From a bacterium (GTDB taxonomy: Bacteria; JADJOY01), in the NCBI GenBank assembly GCA_046331705.1, contig JAXLQJ010000002.1, positions 204,370 through 268,369 of the forward strand: 64,000 nucleotides of DNA. The letters are read 5' to 3'. The notes under the pieces were generated by a model. The model searched no databases, was not told the origin of the DNA, and worked only from the letters and a program-made list of their open reading frames with translations. A program made the translations under genes and the position numbers. Positions 23,027 through 33,456 of this stretch are shown here, piece after piece (positions within the stretch are counted from its first letter, which is position 1; the number at the start of each line of letters is the position of its first letter).

Positions 23027-24969
23027 GCGCGCGTCCCTTCCGAGCCGGCCGCCGACGTGCCGAGGGGCAGGCGCACCTCGAAGGTGGCACCGCCCAGGCG
23101 ACCGGGGCTCGCGCAACGCGCGTGACCGCCGTGCGCCGCGGCGATCTCGTGCACCAGGAAGAGGCCGAGCCCCGTGCCGCGTCCCACCTCGCGGGTGGTG
23201 AAGAAGAGATCGAAGATCCGCTCGCGGACGCGCGGATCCACGCCGGCCCCATCGTCGTCGACGGTCATCACCGCGTCGTCCCCCTCGATCCCCAAGCGCA
23301 GCGTCACGCGATGTGATCCTCGCCCCGAAGCGCGGCCCTCGTCCACCGCCGCGATGGCGTTCGAGAGCAGGTTCTGCGGGATGCGCGCGATCGACGCCGT
23401 CGCCTCGATCCACAGCTCGCGGGGCGCGTCGATCTCGAGCTCGATCGTGCCCGACCAGCGGGCGCGGAGCTCTTCCGCTGCCCTGCGACAGTCGGCGGCG
23501 AGATCGTGGCGCTCGCGGCGATCGCTGCCCACGCGCTGCACCGCCGAGATCTCGTCGAGGATGGCGCGCATCCGCGCGACGTTCTCCTCGCCACCCGCGA
23601 GCAGCCGCGTGATCCGCTCGGTGAGCTCGCGCCGGCGGGCGTCGGCCAGGGCGCCGGCGGCCAGCTCCTCGTGGTACTTGCGCACGAGGCCGAGGGCTTG
23701 GTCGAGGGCGTGCACCGGGTTCTTGAGCTCGTGGGCTGCGCCGCCCACCAAGAGCCCCATCGAGGCGAGCCTGCGGGCGCGCTCGCCCTCGGCGATGCGG
23801 GCCGCCATCTCGTTGAGATCGTGCGCCACCGACGCCAGCACGTCGGTGCTCGCCACCTCGATGCGATGGGTGAAATCGCCGCGCGCGAACCGCTCGATGC
23901 CGTCTTGGACCCGGCTCAGCGGCTCGGTCGAGCGCCGCGCCACCGCGATCCCGAGCGCCACTCCCGCCGCCACCAGGAAGGCGCTCACCCACAGATAGCG
24001 GCGCGCGAGCTGCTGGAAGAGTGCCAGGTGCGGCGACGCGAACGCCGCCGCCACCAGCGCCGTGGCTCCCGGCAGGAACTGGGTGTCGTCGACCCAGCGG
24101 CCGATGTCGCGGCTCATCGCCTGCACGGCATCCACGTCGACGCGATCGGTGAGCGGTCCTGGGATCAGCGCGAGCCCGTCCACCAGCCGCTCCGCCGCCG
24201 CCAACGGCTCGGGCAGCTCGACTGCGCCACCGTGCTCGGCGGCGCCTCCGCCCGCCAGGCTCGCCGGCACCAGCACCCGCGATTCCAGGCGAGCGAGCGC
24301 GCCGCTCAGCGAGACCAGCGCGTCGAGCGCCTCGCGCTCCGCGGACGAGTCGGCGATCTCGGGCGCGCGCTGCTCCGACGAGTAGCGTTCCAGCACCTGA
24401 GCGGAGAGCGTGTCGAGGATGCGCCGCACGGCGAGCGCGAGGCCGCTCGTGCGCGCCAGCTCGGGTGGCGGAACCGGACGCGCGAGAGGCACCGTGCCGA
24501 CGCGCAGGGTCACGTCGCCCTTGCGCCGCGTCTCGACCCCGTCGAAATCGGCGCCCGAGGCGAGCGCATCGGCGAGCACCCCGTCGAGCTCCGCCGCGAG
24601 CGCTGCCGCATCGGCGCCGGCGCGGCCCATGCGATCGACGATGGCGGCCTTGGGAATCGCCTCGTGGCGCCGCGCCGGCCGCCCGGCGCGCGCCGCGTCG
24701 ACCACCACGTAGGCGAGCACGCGCGGGTCGGGCTCGAGCGAACGGACGATGGGCGCCGCGTCGGGGTTCGAGCTCGCTCCGGCCGAGCCCAGCAAGCGCG
24801 CCTGCACGAACGCGTCGGCCGCGAGCGAGTCCGCGAGGTCGCGCCACGGCTCGTCGACTCCCGTGCGAAAGAGCCGCTCGGTCATCGCGCGGTGCACGGA
24901 GAAGAAGGCACCGGCCACCGCCAGCACCACGGCGACGGTGTAAGCGACGACGCGGTTTCGATAGGACAC
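23023..24969 (-). CDS. Sensor histidine kinase with HAMP domain
   Basis: Two TM helices, HAMP (EPLSRV...DLNEMA), AAHELKNP, NLLSNA, DDDGAG, FFTTR, GTGLGL; start approximate. Confidence 0.9.
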
Positions 24970-25016
24970 GCGCGGCGATCCAACCGGGACGGGCCGCGGA
25001 ATCGCGGCCTGGACTC

Positions 25017-25035
25017 GTGTAAGCGACGATGACAC
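25017..25035. promoter_or_regulatory. Enhancer-like palindrome GTGTAA-N7-TGACAC
   Basis: GTGTAA-GCGACGA-TGACAC; identical half-sites to 21411-21429. Confidence 0.6.
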
Positions 25036-25259
25036 GGGCGGCAAGGAATCGCGCACGGGCGGGGCTCGTTGCACGCTCCGCGCCCGTCTCGCCGCGCATC
25101 CATCCGCCCACCTGCGCGCCCTTCCGCGCGCGCCGGCCGTGCGAACACCCGGCGCGCCGGGCGCAAGCGCGCGGATTCGCAAGCAAGCTCGCTCGTGGGG
25201 CGCAGCTCCCGTCGTGGCTCGCGAGCGACTCCGGCCACGGAATCGGTGCCACTCGACTT

Positions 25260-25275
25260 GGGCACTCGACTTGCG
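25260..25275 (+). promoter_or_regulatory. Sigma-54 -24/-12 promoter
   Basis: GGGCACTCGACTTGCG (GG-N10-GC with TTGC), about 60 bp before ATG 25335. Confidence 0.7.
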
Positions 25276-25334
25276 GATGGAGCGAGCGAGGAGGGAGCTC
25301 GCGCTGGCATTCCGTCGGCGCGACCAACGTCACG

Positions 25335-26009
25335 ATGAAGACCCCGAGCTGGATGTGGATGCGGTCGATGCCGAACCGATGGCGCGTCACGGCGCTGGCG
25401 AGCTTGCTCGCCGCGCTCGTCGCCGGCGCGGGCGGTTGCTACGGCGGCGATCTCGGTCTCGTCATCGACGACGATCACGACGGACCGTGCTGCTCGGAGC
25501 CGCCTCCCGGCGGCCCGCTGATCGTCGATCTCGCGGGCTTCGACGATCTCGACGGCTTCGTGGAACCAGGCGGCTTCGTCCACCTCTACGAGGGACTGGT
25601 GACCACGGACGCCGGCACGGTGGCGTTCGCGAGCTTCGATCTCTCGCGAATCCCCCCCAACGCGCGAATCCGCTGGGCGGACCTGGTGCTCACCAACGCC
25701 TGGTGGAGTGCCTGCTGTGGCACGATCGAGCTCGACGTGAGCACGGTCCCGTACGGCAACGCCCTCGACTCGGGCGATCCCAGCATCGCCGGCTACGACA
25801 CCGTGGCGTTCTCCCTCGGTGCGGCGGCCGAGGGTGCGGCGGTGACGCTCGACGTGTCCGCGCTGGTCGCGACGGAAGTAGAGTACGGCGCGACGCTCTT
25901 CCAGGTGCGCCTCGACTCGTTCGGCGGCGATCTCGGCTTCGAGGACGCGGGCGGCAACCTGGGACTCGGCACGGGGCTGGCGCCGATCCTCACGGTGAGC
26001 TACGACTGA
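25335..26009 (+). CDS. Hypothetical lipoprotein with beta-sandwich-like domain
   Basis: Hydrophobic signal then AGGC lipobox; FASFDLSRIPPNARIRWADLVL, LDVSALV, PILTVSY patterns. Confidence 0.7.
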   Translation: MKTPSWMWMRSMPNRWRVTALASLLAALVAGAGGCYGGDLGLVIDDDHDGPCCSEPPPGGPLIVDLAGFDDLDGFVEPGGFVHLYEGLVTTDAGTVAFASFDLSRIPPNARIRWADLVLTNAWWSACCGTIELDVSTVPYGNALDSGDPSIAGYDTVAFSLGAAAEGAAVTLDVSALVATEVEYGATLFQVRLDSFGGDLGFEDAGGNLGLGTGLAPILTVSYD

Positions 26010-26022
26010 GCGCAGGAATCGC

Positions 26023-26385
26023 GTGCATCCTCTCGCTCCCCTTCCCGGACGAACCTCGACGACGGCGCGCGCGGGCGCGCTGCTCCTCGTCGCCGCGCTG
26101 CTGCTCGACGCCAGCGCGGCGCACGCCGATTGGTGGCGGCCGCGAAACAGCGTGAGCGGCGGCTCGGCGAGCGGCGGTGGTCGCGATCGGGGCGGCTCCG
26201 GATCGGGCTCGAGCTCGGGCGATTCCCAACCCAGCTCGCGACCGCGCGGCTACTCGCCCGGCTCGTGCAACTGGGTCACGATCTCGCGCCAGCCCCAGTA
26301 CAAGGATCCGTCGGGGCGCATGGTCTACGAGATCACCCAGAAGAACACGTGCACAGGAGAGGTGCGCACGTTCTTCGGTTACTGA
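26023..26385 (+). CDS. Small secreted hypothetical protein (Gly/Ser linker, two Cys)
   Basis: AGGA RBS, signal peptide ending AHA, follows previous gene by 13 bp. Confidence 0.65.
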   Translation: MHPLAPLPGRTSTTARAGALLLVAALLLDASAAHADWWRPRNSVSGGSASGGGRDRGGSGSGSSSGDSQPSSRPRGYSPGSCNWVTISRQPQYKDPSGRMVYEITQKNTCTGEVRTFFGY

Positions 26386-26644
26386 GCTTGCGCGCCGATG
26401 GCGCGCGACACGAGCGCGGCGATCCGCCGGTGCCCGAGCGCGTTGGGATGGAAGCCGTCGACCTCGACGTAGAGCGGTGAGCGTAGCGCGGTCGCGACGT
26501 CGACCACGTTCGTGCCCGTCGCGGCCCCGACCGCGCGCACCGTCGCGTTCACCTCGTCCACCCAAGCGGGCCTCACGAGCGCCGCGAACGGATGCGTGAG
26601 GAGCAACGTGCGCCGACCGGCGCGCGCGCGGCGCTGGCCATCAT
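26379..26644 (-). pseudogene. SGNH hydrolase C-terminal remnant
   Basis: VNATVRAVG...VVDV...DGFHPNALGHRRIA block V motif; the coupled ATG at 26644 is in a different frame and the catalytic-Ser block is missing. Confidence 0.6.
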
Positions 26645-28788
26645 GGCTGGCCCGGACGGTACTCCCGCTCCAGGTGCGCGCGCACTTGCGCTTCGGTGAG
26701 CAGCACCGGCTTCCATTCGTGGCGCGCGAAGAGCGGCGCCTGGTCGGCATAGTGCGGCGAGCGCGGCACGGTCGACGCGGCGCCGTAGTTGTGGATGCTC
26801 TTCGAGTGGACCTCGCCGTTCGCGTCCCAGGTCACGAACATCACCAAGCCGTCGCCGTCGTGGGCGGTGAAGCGACCGTCGACCAGCGGATCGCCCTCGA
26901 TGGCGCGCACCACATCGGGGCCGCCGTCGAGCGGAAGGTCGAGATCGCCGCGACGCAGCCGATTCACGTCGCCCCACGGTGGGTCGATGCGGCCGTGGGT
27001 GTGAAGAAGCGCGCGCGCCGCCGCGAGCACGGAATCCCGTGGAGCGCTCGCAGCGGCAAGCGGATCGAGCGCGCCGCGCCAGGTCGGGTGCGCGGCGAGG
27101 ATGGCGAGCGCCGCCGCGGGATTGCGCGCGTCCGTCCGCAGGTCCCAGCTGCGCAAGAGATCGAGTGCGCTCGCGAGCGTCGGGTCCGCCGCCGGCGGCC
27201 CCTCGAGCGCCGCCCTCACGAACTCCGCCATCGGCGAGAGCTGCGAATACGCGAGGTCGAACTTGATGGACTCGAGCTCCTCGGCGGTGATCGAGGTATC
27301 GGCGCTCAAGAGCTCGACCAGGCGCCGCTGGCGATTGGTCATGCGCGTCTCGATGCCCGCCATCGGCGGTGCCAGCTCGGGCTTCGCGTTGTCCGGATCG
27401 GCGGTGACCCGGAAGGGGTTGGCGTTGGCGCTGGCGAGGAAGCCCGACGCGGGGTTCGTCACCTGCGGATCGCGATCGTGGCCCCACTCGGAGGTCCAGA
27501 GCGTCTCCGAGGTGTCGCCGGGCAGCACCTGGGTCCAATCGTACGCCGTCGATCGCACCGGGAAGCGCGCGTTGTAGACGTAGTGAATCGTGCCAGTGCG
27601 GTCGGCGTAGAGCTGATTCACCGAAGGCATGGCCTGCACGCGCATCGCCTCCTGCCAGGCGTCGAAGGTGTGCGCCTTGTTCATCCGGAAGAGCTGCTCG
27701 ACCGCGCGCACGTCGCCCATGCCGGCGTAACGGATCGCGTAGGTGCCGTGATCGAGACGCAGCACGGGACCGTAGACGCTCCACAGCGCCTCGCGATGGA
27801 ACGTCCACGAGATCGGGCCCAAGAGCTTCACCTCGATGGGCGCATCCCGCACGTCGAGGTCGCGCCACTCGCCGTCGTAGCGGTAACGGTTGGGATTCTC
27901 GGGATCGATCGTCAGCCGGTAGAGGTCGATGAGGTCCGGCTCGTTGAGCGTGCTCCCCCAGCCCAGGTCCTCGTTGTGCCCGAGGAGGATGAGCGGCGCT
28001 CCGGGGAACGTTCCGCCCGCCATGTTCCAGCCTTGCTGGCTCACCACGTGCGCCTCGTACCAGGCGACCGGCCCCTCCCACGGTTGGTGAGAGTTCACGA
28101 CCAAGCGCGTGGCACGATCGGCGGAGCGAGACGGGGCGACCGCGAAGGCGTTCGAGCCCCGCATCCGCGAGGCACCGAGGAACTCGCCGGCGGCGATCAG
28201 CGGATTGCGCGCGCTCACCGCCGGCGCCCGTTCGGCCTCGAAGAGACCCTTCGCGACCTCGTCGAGGAAGAAGAAGAACGGCACCTTGAAGACGAAACCG
28301 GCCACCAGATCCTGCCCGCGCGCGGGGAAGAGATCGGGCAGCGCCTCGTCGGGATGCTGAGCGACGTAGGCGTTCACACCCTCGGCATAGGCCTCGCAGA
28401 CCGCGCGCACCTCGGGGGACAGATCGCTTTCGTACTTCGCGTCGACGACGTCCCAGACCCGCAACAGCCGGACGAAGAAGTCGATGGGCGCGGCATCGGG
28501 GCCGTGAACCGAGGCGACCCGACCGCGGGCGGCGAGCAGCACGTCCTCGAGCGTGGTGAGGTCGTCCTCCGCCTGCGCGTAGCCGAGCCCGAACGCCGCG
28601 TCCGCATCGGTCTTGCCGAACACGTGCGGCACGCCCCACTCGTCGCGCAGGATGCGAACGTCGCGCGCGAGCGCGGGCGCGGACGCCGGCGCCACCGGAG
28701 GCGCGCGGTGACACGAGCCGAGGACGAGCGGAGCGAAGAGCAGCAGCGCGGCCACGCGCGTGAGACCTCGCCGATCCATTCGAGTCAT
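26641..28788 (-). CDS. Penicillin acylase family Ntn-hydrolase, lipoprotein
   Basis: LGSC lipobox, ILRDEWGVPHV, GYAQAED, GSNAFAV beta-chain Ser, NSHQPW, WYEAH. Confidence 0.92.
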   Translation of the reverse strand: MTRMDRRGLTRVAALLLFAPLVLGSCHRAPPVAPASAPALARDVRILRDEWGVPHVFGKTDADAAFGLGYAQAEDDLTTLEDVLLAARGRVASVHGPDAAPIDFFVRLLRVWDVVDAKYESDLSPEVRAVCEAYAEGVNAYVAQHPDEALPDLFPARGQDLVAGFVFKVPFFFFLDEVAKGLFEAERAPAVSARNPLIAAGEFLGASRMRGSNAFAVAPSRSADRATRLVVNSHQPWEGPVAWYEAHVVSQQGWNMAGGTFPGAPLILLGHNEDLGWGSTLNEPDLIDLYRLTIDPENPNRYRYDGEWRDLDVRDAPIEVKLLGPISWTFHREALWSVYGPVLRLDHGTYAIRYAGMGDVRAVEQLFRMNKAHTFDAWQEAMRVQAMPSVNQLYADRTGTIHYVYNARFPVRSTAYDWTQVLPGDTSETLWTSEWGHDRDPQVTNPASGFLASANANPFRVTADPDNAKPELAPPMAGIETRMTNRQRRLVELLSADTSITAEELESIKFDLAYSQLSPMAEFVRAALEGPPAADPTLASALDLLRSWDLRTDARNPAAALAILAAHPTWRGALDPLAAASAPRDSVLAAARALLHTHGRIDPPWGDVNRLRRGDLDLPLDGGPDVVRAIEGDPLVDGRFTAHDGDGLVMFVTWDANGEVHSKSIHNYGAASTVPRSPHYADQAPLFARHEWKPVLLTEAQVRAHLEREYRPGQP

Positions 28789-28867
28789 CGCGATCTCCCG
28801 GAGATGGGGTGGGATGATCGATCGCGCGCGCGGCCGTCAAGCGTGTTTGTGGCAAGATCCCGCCCCC

Positions 28868-29854
28868 ATGCCGATCACGGTGGCGATCACGGGCGCGACG
28901 GGCTTCCTCGGGGGAGCGCTGTGTCGCACGTTCCGCGCGCGCGGCTTCCGCGTGCGGGCGATCGTGCGGCGCGCCGTCGCGTTGCCCGACGCCGACGAGG
29001 TCCGCCGTGCCTCGCTCGTCGCGTCGCCGGCGCTCACCGCGGCGCTCGATGGCAGCGACGTGGTGGTGCACTGCGCGGGAGGCGGACGCGCGGTGACGGC
29101 CGAGGACTTCCGCCGCAACAACCTCGACACCACCCTCGCCATCGACGAGACCATCGCCGCCCTCGCGCGAAAGCCCGTCCAGCTCGTGCTGGTGTCGTCG
29201 ATCGCGGCGGGCGGTCCCGACGGCAATGGCCCGGCCGCGCTCACCGCCACCACCTGCACTGCGCGATCGAGCTACGGCAGCCACAAATGGCTCGCCGAGC
29301 GTGAGGTCCTCGCGTTCGGCGAACGCATGGGCGGCGCGGTGCAGGTCACGATCGTGCGCGCGCCGGCGATCTACGGACCCGGCGACGATCGATTCGCGCC
29401 GCTGATCCGCGCTGCCCGCCGCGGCTGGCTCGTGGCCCCCAGCCCCGACAGCCCGCTCTCGATGGTCGACGTCGACGACGCCGCGAGCGCCATCGTGAGC
29501 ACGGTCGAGCGTCGGCCGAGCGGTCCGCGGCTGCAGTTCGTGGAGGACGGCCAGCGCTACTCGGCGCGACGCCTGAGCGCGGCGCTGGCGCGGCATTTCG
29601 GACGTGAGCTGCGCGCCGTGCGGGTACCCGTCGCGCTGCTCCGCGCGGTGGCCGCCGCCGAGGAAGCGCGGGCGCGGCTCACGGCGCGCTCGGCGTTCCT
29701 CACGCGCGACAAGGTGCGCGATCTCACCGCTCCGTCGTGGCTCTGCGACAGCGCGTCGCTCCGTGCCGAGACCGGCTGGCGCCCGCTCCACACCTTCGAG
29801 TCGCGCGTGCCGGCGATCGTCGCCGCGTCCGCGCGCACCGCGAGCGACACGTGA
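28868..29854 (+). CDS. NAD-dependent epimerase/dehydratase family
   Basis: ITGATGFLG, VVHCAG, YGSHK (YxxxK), IYGPGD. Confidence 0.88.
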   Translation: MPITVAITGATGFLGGALCRTFRARGFRVRAIVRRAVALPDADEVRRASLVASPALTAALDGSDVVVHCAGGGRAVTAEDFRRNNLDTTLAIDETIAALARKPVQLVLVSSIAAGGPDGNGPAALTATTCTARSSYGSHKWLAEREVLAFGERMGGAVQVTIVRAPAIYGPGDDRFAPLIRAARRGWLVAPSPDSPLSMVDVDDAASAIVSTVERRPSGPRLQFVEDGQRYSARRLSAALARHFGRELRAVRVPVALLRAVAAAEEARARLTARSAFLTRDKVRDLTAPSWLCDSASLRAETGWRPLHTFESRVPAIVAASARTASDT

Positions 29855-30564
29855 GCTCGTCGCTCGTCCAGCTCGGTCCGGATGCCGCAGCCACGGCCGT
29901 GCTCGCCGGCACGGTGGTCTTCGTCATCGGCGCCGTCGGGCTCTCGAGGTCGTTCTTCCGACGTCACCTCGGCCAACGACTCTCCGGCGACGCGCTCGAG
30001 ATCGCGTCGGTGCTCGGCGCGAAGGTGGCATCGGGACTGCTCTTCGGCTTCGCCGGCCTCCTGGTGCTCGAGGCGACGCTTCCCGACGCCGGCGCGCTCG
30101 GCTGGAGCCTGCGGTGGACCGGCCGCGCGCTGCTGGTGCTCGCCGCGGCGGCGACGATCTGCCTCGCGATGGTCGTGCGCGCCGCACGCGCGCCCGCGAT
30201 GCGCGAGCGCTATCCCGAGGCACGGGTGTCGCGATGGAGCGTGTCCGCGCACGCCCTCGATGCGATCGGCTGGATCGTCTACCTCTACGGCTACGAGCTG
30301 CTGTTTCGCGGTGCGTTGCTCTTCCCGCTCGCGCACGTGCTGCCGCTGGTCGCCGCGCTCGCGATCCACACGGCGATCTACGCCCTCGCCCATCTCGACA
30401 AGCCGCTGCTCGAGATCCTCGGCACGTTGCCCATGGGCTTCGTCTTCGGCTGGCTCGCCCTCGAAACCCAGTCGATCCTTCCCGGCGCCGCGCTGCACGT
30501 CGCGATCGCGCTCACCAACTCGGCGCTCTGCGCCCGATCGCTCGTCCAGCGCCGCGGCGCCTGA
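29851..30564 (+). CDS. CPBP family intramembrane glutamic endopeptidase
   Basis: YELLFRG, ALAHLDKP, SILPGAALH motifs; GTGA overlap. Confidence 0.82.
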   Translation: MSSSLVQLGPDAAATAVLAGTVVFVIGAVGLSRSFFRRHLGQRLSGDALEIASVLGAKVASGLLFGFAGLLVLEATLPDAGALGWSLRWTGRALLVLAAAATICLAMVVRAARAPAMRERYPEARVSRWSVSAHALDAIGWIVYLYGYELLFRGALLFPLAHVLPLVAALAIHTAIYALAHLDKPLLEILGTLPMGFVFGWLALETQSILPGAALHVAIALTNSALCARSLVQRRGA

Positions 30565-30618
30565 CCCGGACGCGACGGAACTCGACCGGGCTGGTCGAGC
30601 CCTGCAGCGGAACGCCCG

Positions 30619-31863
30619 CTACTGCTGCGGTTCGTTGCGCAGCGCCCAGGCGACGCGCTGCTTGAGATCGGGAAGCTCGCCGTGCAGCGCGTCCGAGTTG
30701 ACGACGGCGCTGACGACGACATCCAGCTCGGGGACGTACTTCATCACCGAGACCGCACCCGGCAACGCCCCGTCGTGGCCGATGTAGGTGAGATCGCCGA
30801 CCTGCTCTCGAACGAGCCCCATCCCGTAGTCCTCGACGCCGAGGGGCACGTTGGGATCGGTGGCGAGGAAGTCCGTGGCGTCGCCCAGGCTCTCGGCCGA
30901 GTAGAGCCGTCCGTCGAGGAGCGCGCTCAAGAACGTGCCGAGATCGCGCGCGGAGGAGATCAACCCGCCCGCGGACCACGCGGAGCTGTTCAGGCTGTTG
31001 CCGGACTGGACCAGCACGGTGCCGGGGATGCGCACCGGCAGCAATCCGAAGACGTTGGTGTAGCCACTCGGGTCGAGTGGCTCACCGGGTTCGGGAAGGC
31101 GCGTCTGGTCGAGGCCGAGCGGTTCCCAGATCCGCTCCCGGTACACGTCCGCGAGCGGCTGGCCGGTGATGGCCTCGATGACGAGGCCGAGCGCGATGTA
31201 GTTGGGCTGAGCGTAGTGATAGTCGCCGCCCGGGTAGGTGAGCGGCTCGCGCGGCACGAGCATGCCGGTCAAGAAGTCGAGCATCGGGATCGGCAGATGG
31301 GTCCAGTCGAGGATCTCCTTCGGCGTGAACCAATGGTCGTCGTTCAAGATCACGTCGAGGATGAAGAAGCCATCGGCGAGCTCGAGCTCGGGGATTCCGC
31401 TGCGATGGCGCAACAGGTGCTCGAGGGTGATCTGGTCGCCGTTCGGGTAGTCGGGCACGAACTCGCCGAGCGTGGTGTCGAGCGAGAGCCGCCCTTCGTC
31501 TCGAAGCTGGAAGATCACGGTGGCGGTGAACGGCTTGGTGGCGCTGGCGATGCGACCGACGGTATCGAGCTCGAACGGCACGCCGCTGGACGTGCTCTGG
31601 ACACCCGTGGAACCCGACCAGTCGAGCCAACCGGGCGTCAGCACCCGCGCCGCGACGCCGATCAGCTCGTGGTCCGACGCCCAGCGTGCGAGCGCGTCGT
31701 CGAGGCGCGCCGGCAGCCCGGGATCGCGGTAGTCCCAGCTCGGCGCGGGGTGCGCGGGTGCGCCCTCGTTCGAGCCAGCGCAGCCGGCGAGGAACGCGAG
31801 CAGCAATGCGGCGGCGACCCGCCGTCCGCGGCCGCGACGACCGCGCGCTTCGTGGCCAACCAT
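30619..31863 (-). CDS. Serine hydrolase (beta-lactamase/D-Ala-D-Ala peptidase family), lipoprotein
   Basis: LAGC lipobox, IASATK (SxxK), LLRHRSG, YHYAQPNY, GHDG. Confidence 0.88.
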   Translation of the reverse strand: MVGHEARGRRGRGRRVAAALLLAFLAGCAGSNEGAPAHPAPSWDYRDPGLPARLDDALARWASDHELIGVAARVLTPGWLDWSGSTGVQSTSSGVPFELDTVGRIASATKPFTATVIFQLRDEGRLSLDTTLGEFVPDYPNGDQITLEHLLRHRSGIPELELADGFFILDVILNDDHWFTPKEILDWTHLPIPMLDFLTGMLVPREPLTYPGGDYHYAQPNYIALGLVIEAITGQPLADVYRERIWEPLGLDQTRLPEPGEPLDPSGYTNVFGLLPVRIPGTVLVQSGNSLNSSAWSAGGLISSARDLGTFLSALLDGRLYSAESLGDATDFLATDPNVPLGVEDYGMGLVREQVGDLTYIGHDGALPGAVSVMKYVPELDVVVSAVVNSDALHGELPDLKQRVAWALRNEPQQ

Positions 31864-31960
31864 CGATCCTGCCTCCCTCACGAAGCGACGGCCTTCCGCT
31901 TCCACGGAAGGCCGTCACCGTCTTCGGCGCCGGCTCGCCGAGCCGGAACGCTTTCGCCGC

Positions 31961-33295
31961 TCAGTCCGCGCGACGAGCCCGTCCACGCCGCAGCCCGCGC
32001 AGCAGGCTGATCGCCGCGAGCGGCGCCAGCCACGGCCACGCCATGCCCGCGTCGCGAGCGTCCGTGCCGGGCACGATGTTGCAGTTGGGGTTGGTCGGGA
32101 AGAGGTCGCAGGCGTCGCCGCGGGCGTCACCGTCGGTGTTGAGCTGCGACGGATTCGCGACCGTCGGACAGTTGTCGACCGAATCCAGCACGCCGTCGCC
32201 GTCCTGGTCCGGCGCCGAGAGCCGACAGATCAGGTCACCGGCGGAGAAATAGAGATCCTTGCCGAAGTTTCCGCCGCGGCCGAACGCGAGGCCGCCCGAG
32301 CGCTCGATGAAGTAGCTGATCGCATCGCCCACCGGCACGGTCACGATGAGCTGCGCCACGCCGAAGGGGTTGACCCGATAGACACGCGTACCGATCGTGT
32401 CGCCGCTCTCGTTCATGGCGAGGGCGAGGACGTAATCGTCGTTGCCGAAGCCGACCACGCCACCGCCGAACGCCGTGTCCACGTAGGCGTTGAGGCTCGA
32501 ATAGGTCGAGGGCAACGTGGTCGAGAGCAGGCTGCCCGCGAAGTACGCCGACGAGCTCGCCAGACCGTCCACGTTGGCGCCGTAGACCCGGTCCGGGAAG
32601 CCGCTGCCCGCGGGACTCTCGGCGTGGTTCGGCAACGCCGGCGCGCCGATGCCGGCCACCGAGATGCCGTAGGCGCCGAGCAGGTTCGCGGACGCGTCGT
32701 AGTCGAAGACGTCGAGGGCGGCGCACAAGCCACCGCACATGTACACGGTGACCGCCGAGAGCGTGTCGCCGCTCACGCCGTTCTTGAGCTCGGCGAGCTT
32801 GAAATGCGCAAGGTCGTTGTCCGGAAAGCTCGGCAGGCGAAACACGCTGCCCGCACCCGCCAAGGTCTGCTGATAGATGCCACCGCTGCCGATCGAGCCG
32901 GCGATGCCCGCCGAGATGAACATCGAGTTGGGAAGCGTGCCTCCCTCGGCCACCGCGACGCCGAAGCCCGCGGGCGGAACCATCGGATCCACCGTGAACG
33001 GCGCCACGGTGCCGTTCGGGTTGATCTTGAGCACGGCGGGCGGGCCGCTCGGGTTCGCGATGTACATCCCCTCGCCCCAGCGGGTAGCGGGATCGGTGAA
33101 GGCGATCTGGTTGGTGGGCAGCCCGACTCCCAAGGTGTTCAGGACATAGCCCGGCGCGACCGTCGCGCCGGTCGCGCACACGTTGGCGGGCCCATCGGTC
33201 GACTCGGCGAGCGCCTGCGACGGCAGCCAGGCCAGTGAGGCCGCGAGCGCGCTCACGCCGATCCATCCACCTCGAATCCACCCGTTCTTCATCAT
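31961..33295 (-). CDS. Secreted protein with thrombospondin type-3 repeat and C-terminal membrane anchor
   Basis: Signal peptide ending ALA; DQDGDGVLDSVDNCPTVANPSQLNTDGDARGDACD; C-terminal hydrophobic segment plus Arg cluster. Confidence 0.8.
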   Translation of the reverse strand: MMKNGWIRGGWIGVSALAASLAWLPSQALAESTDGPANVCATGATVAPGYVLNTLGVGLPTNQIAFTDPATRWGEGMYIANPSGPPAVLKINPNGTVAPFTVDPMVPPAGFGVAVAEGGTLPNSMFISAGIAGSIGSGGIYQQTLAGAGSVFRLPSFPDNDLAHFKLAELKNGVSGDTLSAVTVYMCGGLCAALDVFDYDASANLLGAYGISVAGIGAPALPNHAESPAGSGFPDRVYGANVDGLASSSAYFAGSLLSTTLPSTYSSLNAYVDTAFGGGVVGFGNDDYVLALAMNESGDTIGTRVYRVNPFGVAQLIVTVPVGDAISYFIERSGGLAFGRGGNFGKDLYFSAGDLICRLSAPDQDGDGVLDSVDNCPTVANPSQLNTDGDARGDACDLFPTNPNCNIVPGTDARDAGMAWPWLAPLAAISLLRGLRRGRARRAD

Positions 33296-33329
33296 CCCTC
33301 CCCGCCGACGAAATGAAGGAAAACACGCC

Positions 33330-33356
33330 CCCAACGGCTCGCTCCGAGCCGTTGGG
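33330..33356 (-). terminator. Strong hairpin, probable terminator for the upstream minus-strand gene
   Basis: CCCAACGGCTCG-CTC-CGAGCCGTTGGG; minus strand continues GGCGTGTTTTCC. Confidence 0.5.
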
Positions 33357-33456
33357 CGACGGTAGCACTCGCGGAGCGAGCGCCGCAATCGACGCGACCG
33401 CAACGCGACCGCGTCGCAGCCGCGGCGCGGGCTGGGCCGATCGAGAGGGGTGGGGA

